Below the pieces are notes generated by a model that did no database searches, was not told the origin of the DNA, and worked only from the letters and a program-made list of their open reading frames with translations. This document shows positions 36,735 to 44,293 of a stretch of DNA of 44,293 bases, one piece after another. The stretch is taken from positions 1 through 44,293 of the forward strand of contig RBNJ01000069.1 in the NCBI GenBank assembly GCA_003990765.1, in the 5' to 3' direction. The stretch's first letter is position 1; every line of letters begins with the position of its first letter. Made by a program: the position numbers and the translations under genes. The DNA comes from Jimgerdemannia flammicorona (lineage: Eukaryota).

Positions 36735-36834
36735 TGATTCAAGATGAATCCCTCACTTTCAAACTGAAAAATGAACAACCCCCACAATAACTACCCTGAC
36801 TATAAGAGTTACCCCTGCAAGAATCTAAGATAAG

Positions 36835-39800
36835 ATGGAAATATATCTCTGTATATTCTATTGATATACTACTGAAGAGTCAATCCTAATCTTTATTGAA
36901 GACTTTGAACAATTTGCCACCATATGAGCCCTTGGTGTAGATGTATAATTAGTCCTTCTACTAGTCAGTCTCAGAGGACCTGCTAGAGATAAGTTCAATA
37001 TAGCCACTATTGCTAATACTGGTATAGCTAAACTTACCAACATGAAGGCCTTCCTCAGAACAACATATTTACTGAAGAGATCAAGCAAGCTCACAAGGAT
37101 CAACTCAATACTATCTATCAGAGACTTAGTGAAGATCCCAACTCATTCTATATCTGAATCTGTCACCAGATTATCTTGGCTGGCTATGATGATGCCCTCA
37201 AGGAACAAATAGTGGATTCAACCTTTCTCAAAGAAGTTCACTCTGAAATTGCTCTAGCAATCTGGTCTACCCCAGCTGCACTGACTCTTGATCAGAAAGT
37301 GATCTTTGCATAGAGATATTGGACTGCCAGACACCCTGCCGAACACTCAATAGAGAAAATAACTGGCATCAAGATGGAGCCATTAAGGCTAACTAGTATC
37401 ATATATACCTACCATAGTTATAAACAGACAACCAACCCCACCTACCCCCAAGGTAGCCAAAGCTGACCCAGTGGAAGAACTCATCAAGCAGTTTGCCAAG
37501 ATGACTATACACCTTAGTGATGTTGTTAGAGAAGTCTGAAGTGCTAACAGGAGACCAGGTTAGAGATTTGCAGCTGCTATAAAAGAATGCAATATCACAT
37601 GTTTCAGATATTGAGAAGAAGGCCACTATGCAAAGAATTGTATAACCAAAATGAGATGCAAGGCCCAATCAAGTAATACTAGCAGAACTAGAGAACAAAC
37701 CAATACAGTAGTCATTGAGGAGATTGGTGACACTGATGATGAAGAATACTATGAGGAGCTCAAATTCTACCCTGCTACTGAAGATACCAGAACCCAGTCC
37801 AAGCCCTATGACAAGAAGAGCAACAGCAAGCCAGTTGGAAGACCAAAGAAGACCCCAGCTGTCACTATTCAAAACAAGACCTAATCTGAGGAGATTGATC
37901 AAGATATGGAGTTAGATGAAGCTACCTGCCAAATTATTGAAGGCACTACTCCAGTCTCAGAAGAAAGTGAAAGCAAGAAGGAACAGAAGCCATGTAAGAC
38001 CAAGATTCACTAATATGATATCTACAAGGACCTCAAGGAACAGAAGGTCAATGCTACTTTTGGACAACTAGTTGAAGTCTCTGCCTTCAGACAACAGTTG
38101 AGAGTAGGACTTGCAACTACTGCCAAGAATCTAGAGTACAAGATTGTAGAAGCTCACAATGTACAGAAAGAATCTGAAAACTCAGGTGAAGAATCTGAAG
38201 ACCAGCACAAGACATCAGCCTATACCCCATGTCAGATTGAAGACTGTATCTTTGATGCCATCATTGATACCAATGCTGGAGGATGCCTTATAAGTAAGAA
38301 GACAATTGACTGCCTAGGTTGGGATATTGAAGAGTCTACCAAGATAGTCTATGTTATAGCAAATGATATATGAGCTACCCCTATTGACAAAATCCCAGAA
38401 GTCCCCATCAAGATATGAGGAGCTACCATCTCAGTAGATGTGATTGTTATAAGTGCCACCAACTATGATATCCTCATTGGCAACCAATGGCTTTACAAGG
38501 CCAAGGCCATCATTGACCTCAATGCCCAGAAGATACCAATCAACTATAGAGGAAGAAAGATACAAGTCTCTATCAATATCTACAAAGAAGTCATACCAGA
38601 TATGGAGGAAGGAGATGAAGAGGACACAGAGGTCTTCATGCACTCAGTGAACAAGAACAAGAACAAGACACCCAAGCTCACAGATGAGCAGTAGTACAAC
38701 AAGATCATCAATGGCTATGCTCCTCAAGAAAGATGCCTCCATGGTATTAGAATGTACTACTCTGAACACCTGAATGACTGCTGGTCCTATATCAGTGAAG
38801 TTAGGAAAATCTGCCAATAGAAATATGAGCAAGAAGCCACTGAAGCAAAAAGGAAAGCAGAAGAAGATGACCAGCCCCCAGAGCTTCAGGCTGACAGTGA
38901 TAATAAGGAGGAACAAGAATCAGACATCACTCTCAAGGTTAAGAAGTTTTATCCTGAAGCTAAGATCCCTGAATATAAGACTGAAGGAGCCATAGGAATA
39001 GACCTTGCCAGCATTCAAGATGCTACTCTTGAACCACAGACCACTACTCTACTTGGTACTGGAATTGGAGTCAAGTTGCTAGAAAACTATACTGGAATTA
39101 TCAAGACCAGGAGCAGTCTGGCCAAAAGCAAAATCTCAGTTGAAGGAGGAATAATTGACCCTGATTACATGGGCAAGATCTTCCTTATAGTCAGGAATTA
39201 CAACTTCACCACCCCATTCGAAGTCAAGAAGCATGACAGGATTGGCCAGCTGCTGATCTACAAAATCAAGAAGTCCAAGATCATAGAAGCCATTGAACTT
39301 ATCAAGACTAAGAAAGAAGAACAATGCTTTGGATCTACTAGAAGAGGAGCCTATACTGCCACCAAGATTACTGAACTTGAGCACAAGAAAGACAAGGACC
39401 AGAACAAGCACACATACACTATTGGAGAAAACTTTCTCCTGAAAGAATAACTTCTCAAGATTCTGTACCAGAATGAAGGAGTACTTGCTATAGACTTCAG
39501 GGATATCTACAATAAAGAACCCAAGTACTACTATGAAGTTGACTCTGGTGATACCAAGTCCATCTATCAGAAAGCCAGACCCATACCATCTGCCTACAGA
39601 GAATGGCTGAAAGCAGAACTCAAGGAAATGGAAGAAGGCAGAATCATCAAGCGACCTATCAGCCCCTGGGCCTCACCCATTGTTCTTGCCCTGAAGAAAG
39701 GAAGTAAGCTTAGAGAGTTTATATCTAGACTCTATATTGACTATAGGAAGCTCAATGCCATCACTAAGAAGAATAGGCAGCCCTTGCCAAATATTCAAGA

Positions 39801-42051
39801 AATCCTTACCACTCTTAGAAGCAAAGCCAAATACTATACCACTCTGGATCTGTTCTCAGACTTCTATCAGATTGGTCTCACTCAAGATGCCAGTGAGAAA
39901 TCAGCCTTCATCATACTGATACCACCTATATCTACCTGCAAATGCTATTTGGAATATGCAATGCCCCAGCAAGTTTTCAGTAAATAATAAATAGAGTCTA
40001 TAGCAATGAGATTGGAAAATAGCTCTTTGTCTATATTGATGATGTGATCATCTTCAGCAATACTGTACGAGAACATATCAATCACATACAGCTAGCCCTC
40101 AAGAAGCTCAAGAAGTATGGTCTTTATATCAAGCCCAAGAAATACAAGTTTGTAGCTCAGAAAATTACCTACCTAGGACACCTCATCAACCAGACCAGAA
40201 TCCACACAGACCCTATGAAGATTGAGACTGTTGTAGCCTACTTAAGACCCAGGACAACTACAGAATTCCATGTCTTCCTTGGACTGGCCAGCTACTACAG
40301 AAGATTCATCAAAGGATACTCTAATATTGTAACATCTATCTACAAGCTACTGAAGGAAACCAAATTCAAATGGACCAAGGAGTACTAAGAAACCTTCAAT
40401 GAACTCAAGACCAGATTGACCCAAGCACCTATCCTTAGAAGACTAGATTGGAACCTAGAATTCATCCTGCAGACAGATGTATATACTATAGGACTTGGAG
40501 AAGTCCTAGCTCAGAAGAAAGATAGACATGAATATGTCATCTCCTATGCAAGCCAAGGTACCCACAGAGCAGAATAGAACTATGAGTCATGCAAGCTTGA
40601 ATACTTAGCAGTAGTCTGAGCAGTAGACAAGTTTCACTACTATCTAGCTGGGAAACACTTCACTATTCAAACAGATCATTCTGCTCTTGCCTGACTATTC
40701 CACACTCTAAACCCCAAAGGAATATATGCCAGATGGATCTACAGACTGCAAGAGTACATATAACTGTACTGTCAAGCACCCCTCAGGAAGAACCAACACC
40801 AATGCTGATACACTCTCAAGAACACCCTGAAACACCCCTATCAAGACTATTCAATATGAATAAGGAGCTATACTATGGATTAATCAGCTATCTTGGGCAG
40901 TAGAAGATGCCCAACCACCTCGAACCCTAGACAATCACTATCATCAACCAGACTTGGAAACAGTTTGAACTAGAAAACACTACACTCAGAAAAGGAGGAA
41001 AGCTAGTAATACCTGAACATAAGAAGTATCAAGTAATGAAGGAAGTACATGAGCAAGGACACCTTGGAGGAATCAACAATATGACAAAGCAAGAAGAACT
41101 ATGTAGTGGCCCAAGATGAAAGAAGACCTGCACCAATTTGTCAAAGGGTGTGACAAGTGCCAAAAACAGAAACAAGATCAGCAAGACCAGGCACCCAGAT
41201 CATCTAGAATTGAGCCTATCCCCTTCTACTACATTGCAATGGATATCATTAGACCACTACCAGTAACACTATCAGGAAACTACTATATTATAGTTATTGT
41301 AGACCTCTTCACCAAATGGATAGAGGCAGGAGCATTACAAGAAGCCAATGCCCTCTTTATAGCCAACTTCCTGTACTGAGAAATCATCTGCTGCAATAAG
41401 ACACCAAAGCAAATTACAACAGCCCACAGCACAGAATTTGTCAATGGATTTCACAGGTTAATGTATCAGCAATATAAGATCCAGAACATCAAGACCACTG
41501 CATACCATCCTCAAGAAAATGGACAGACAGAGAGAACTAACAAGACCCTCAAGAACATTCTGGCAAAGATCTTAGAGACATATGAGAATTGGGATAACTA
41601 CCTCCCAACTACCCTCTCTGTTCTATGAGATATATGATCACAGAGTACACACTTTACCCCAAGGAAACTGCTCTTTGGAGAAGAAGATTCTGATAGAACC
41701 TCAGCCACAAATCTAGACCTAACTTGGAGATGGGTTGATGTAGAAATCAGGAGAATACACCAAATCAGGAAGAAGGCTAAAGATTACATCAACAAGTTAC
41801 AAGTGCTGATAAGAAAGAATGTGAAAAAGAATCACAAGACCCTAGAACCTATTCAAATCAGAGAAAAGGTCCTACTGTATTGAAATATAGTAGAAGCCTC
41901 ATGGTCACAAAAACTGGAGCCCAAATGAAAAGGACCCTTTTATATGCAAGATATCAAGAGAACTACCTTCTGGCTTAGAAAAATCTCAGAGACCATACTG
42001 CCTACTACAGTATATAGGAATAGACTCAAGAAGTACCATGAACCTATATAA
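36835..42051 (+). pseudogene. Gypsy-2 gag-pol: Gag, degenerate CCHC knuckle, protease, small Cys/His module, dUTPase, RT, RNase H, integrase (no chromodomain seen)
   Basis: CFRY*EEGHYAKNC at 37600; IIDTNAG at ~38266; SPWASPIV; YIDYRKLN; YIDD at 40032; FLGLASYYRRFI; H..GH...CDKCQ; KGPF..NRLKKY. Stops and frameshifts. Confidence 0.92.
38932..39342 (+). other. dut: dUTPase domain between protease and RT (Gypsy-2)
   Basis: AIGIDLA, TRSSLA, GGIIDPDYMGKI, DRIGQLL, CFGST. Confidence 0.92.
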
Positions 42052-42405
42052 GAGAAGCAAATCATAATGGCCACCCACAAGGTTCTAGTCTGTGAATCAT
42101 AACAGTATGTCCCATGACCAGCAGGCTATCTATCTAGACCATTCTCTAAGGAATACAACACCAGTAACTACTTATCTGTGAGACTTTTGAAGCCAGAGGA
42201 GTTCAAACCATCAACTGTTTGATCAAGATCAGAATCAGGCCTTTGCTTTATATGAAGGGAGCAACCCTTCACCATCATGCCAAAATACAAAGGGAAGACA
42301 CCAGCTCATAAATACCACTTTTTGACTCCTTCCCAGAGGTTATGGGATCAGTAAATTTTTCAGGACTGGACTAATGAATAAGAATGCTCAAGAAGATCCT
42401 TATTC

Positions 42406-42415
42406 AGAAGGAAGA
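42406..42415 (+). other. Polypurine tract of Gypsy-2
   Basis: AGAAGGAAGA abutting the 3' LTR. Confidence 0.8.
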
Positions 42416-42657
42416 TGTAATGGTGACCCCAGAAAGATGACATTAGTACAGGAGACATTCTTTTCTTACAAAGCCACCAGATCAGAGCACAAGATGATTA
42501 TATGGCATATGAGATTAGCAATGGTGACCAACTGTGAATCATTGTGACCACAGTATGGATATCTTGAGGAATATAAAAGAAGGATCAAGGAATCACAGTA
42601 ACAGTAATCAATAAGACCCACTAATCTCAAATAGCTCAAAGACTCACTACAAATGAA

Positions 42658-43513
42658 ATGTCTACTGCTTGCCAAACCTCAAGGTCAAGGAATCACTAAG
42701 GCTTCTCAGTTGAAGAAAGGATGTTCTAAGACATCAGAAGAGCCATGAGGATCTGCTCAAGAAGAACTCCTAGTGTCAACCTAGATACTGCAGATCTCTA
42801 TCATTATATTCTCTACTACTATGAAATGGAAACAAGGATCACCATTGCTACTGAATGCCTCCAAATGTGGCAGGAGTATGAAATAGGAAACCTCCTCTGC
42901 TGGGAGTTCCCACAGACCAGTACTCAAGAGCTACAAGATGCCACTCCTATGGATATATGAAATAAGGACAGCCAAGAAGATCTATCAGATCTTCAGACAT
43001 GCATTATGGTCAATACCCAACTTGGAGTATGTTAGAGTCTCAGATTTCCGAGACCTGTCATCCTGCCTTATCAATGTACTAGAAGCCAGGGTGGCTACAG
43101 AAGCCCAGTCCACTATCACCCTCAATAATGATGAAGTAGAAGACTTCTGGCACCCTATCCTCCAGGACAACCCAGCCCAATTCCTGCAAGGATTGATCTC
43201 AGTATTCCAAGGCCCAAGCATCCAGGTTAGACCTCTCCAAGACCCCACATTTGTTCCCTATTTTGTAGAAGAGAACCTCATAGATTAGAGAGCTCCAGAT
43301 CACCTTATTCCCAATTTCCCCACCACCAAATGTGATGATATTATCAGCAATGATATCATCCCATATGACATACATGAGATGCATGATGAAGCATGTGAAA
43401 TATGTGAAACATATGACCTAAATGATGAATTCGCAGACCTTATCTCCTTCGAAGATATCCTGACCTCTGATGAAGAGAATGAAGCCCACATGGTCCTGAA
43501 CATTCTACTTTAA
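42658..43513 (+). pseudogene. LTR(U3)-encoded ORF of Gypsy-2, ~285 aa, unknown function (3' LTR copy)
   Basis: ATG 42658 to TAA 43513; one 2-bp deletion near 42959 and a few stops, each repaired by the 5' copy. Confidence 0.82.
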
Positions 43514-43525
43514 GTTCCTTGTTAC

Positions 43526-43647
43526 ACTGAATAATACCAGCACTGGCATTCTGAGGTAACACTGAATAATACCAGCACCAGCATTCTGAGATAACACTGA
43601 ATAATACCAGCACCAGTATTCTGAGGTAATACTGAATTATATCAGCA
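43526..43647. repeat. 35-bp tandem repeat x3.5 in the Gypsy-2 3' LTR
   Basis: Units at 43526, 43561, 43596, partial at 43631. Confidence 0.9.
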
Positions 43648-44293
43648 TCCTGAACCTATACAACTATCAGTACTGATTCTGGAACTTATCAGTTTTTCCT
43701 GTCCTGGCATTTTATTTTAGTTATTGGAATTTATATTTAGCTTCATATCTTAGCAATCATTGAATTATATTTTGTATAAATACTACTCTTATTTCCTCTA
43801 GAATAAAGTCAGTTCTGGTTCACTTATACACAATCCCTTATAAGTAATCTAAGAGATAACAAGACAGTTAAAGATAAGTAGTTTGAGAACTATAAGACCT
43901 TGGGAAGGCACTCCAATAAGAACTTGCTTATATCAAACTTGAGTTAGTCTAAAAGATACACCTTGAAGAGAATCTGGCATATTTGAAAGACTCAGCGACC
44001 ACTATGTGATAATATTTTCATAAAAATGATACTATATATCAATATGTTTCATTCTGCTGTGATGTATCAGATTCTTGGTAAATATAATCATAGACTAGTT
44101 ATCTTGGTATAGAATAGTACTTTATTGCATAAAGCTGAGCTTCTTTAATATTTCTTAAAGCCATATGGCTTCCTTTGTTATCAATGATAAAGTCTGGTAT
44201 TTAGCTTATATAGATGATATTACAATAGAGAATTGCTTATGTGTTTGCTATGGAAGGATGGATTCTTAGTTCTCAATGTAGAAGAGATACCTT

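Larger units (their letters stand above)
29258..44011 (+). mobile_element. Gypsy-2: complete Ty3/Gypsy LTR retrotransposon with dUTPase and a U3-encoded ORF; 5' LTR interrupted by LINE-C
   Basis: LTRs TGTAA...TGTGACA/TGTGATA; probable 4-bp TSD ATAT (29254-29257 / 44012-44015); PBS-like TGG; PPT; order gag-PR-dUT-RT-RH-IN. Confidence 0.94.
42416..44011 (+). repeat. Gypsy-2 3' LTR (1596 bp)
   Basis: Direct repeat of the split 5' LTR; terminal CA mutated to TA. Confidence 0.93.

Noticed and set aside
42067-42354. Small extra ORF between pol and the PPT in Gypsy-2 (MATHKVLV...)
   Set aside because: Four internal stops in ~95 codons and no second copy to repair them; not distinguishable from chance

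Overview
Eukaryotic, gene-free stretch made almost entirely of nested, decayed retrotransposons. The host is probably a fungus (inference from chromovirus-type elements, a TTAGGG-type repeat and strong C->T erosion). No intact host gene, RNA gene or CRISPR array is visible. Contents: (i) three near-full-length APE-type LINEs (L1/Tx1-like): A (+, ~1922-6804), B (+, 7018-12778, inserted into an older LINE with a 16-bp TSD) and C (-, 29785-35636, inserted into an LTR), plus 3' fragments; (ii) two complete Ty3/Gypsy LTR retrotransposons, Gypsy-1 (15116-25400, 2.03-kb LTRs, chromodomain) and Gypsy-2 (29258-44011, ~1.6-kb LTRs). The two Gypsy elements are distant in gag/pol yet share an unusual accessory set. 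Each LTR carries a long sense-strand ORF in U3 (~365 and ~285 aa) with its own upstream TATA-like box, and the two proteins appear distantly homologous. Both polyproteins contain a dUTPase and a conserved small C-x-H-x12-C-x2-C module, in mirror-image order (dUTPase-module-protease vs protease-module-dUTPase). Gypsy-1 also has a ~428-codon ORF0 that starts in the LTR and reads through the PBS. All alignments were made by eye; no database searches were run.
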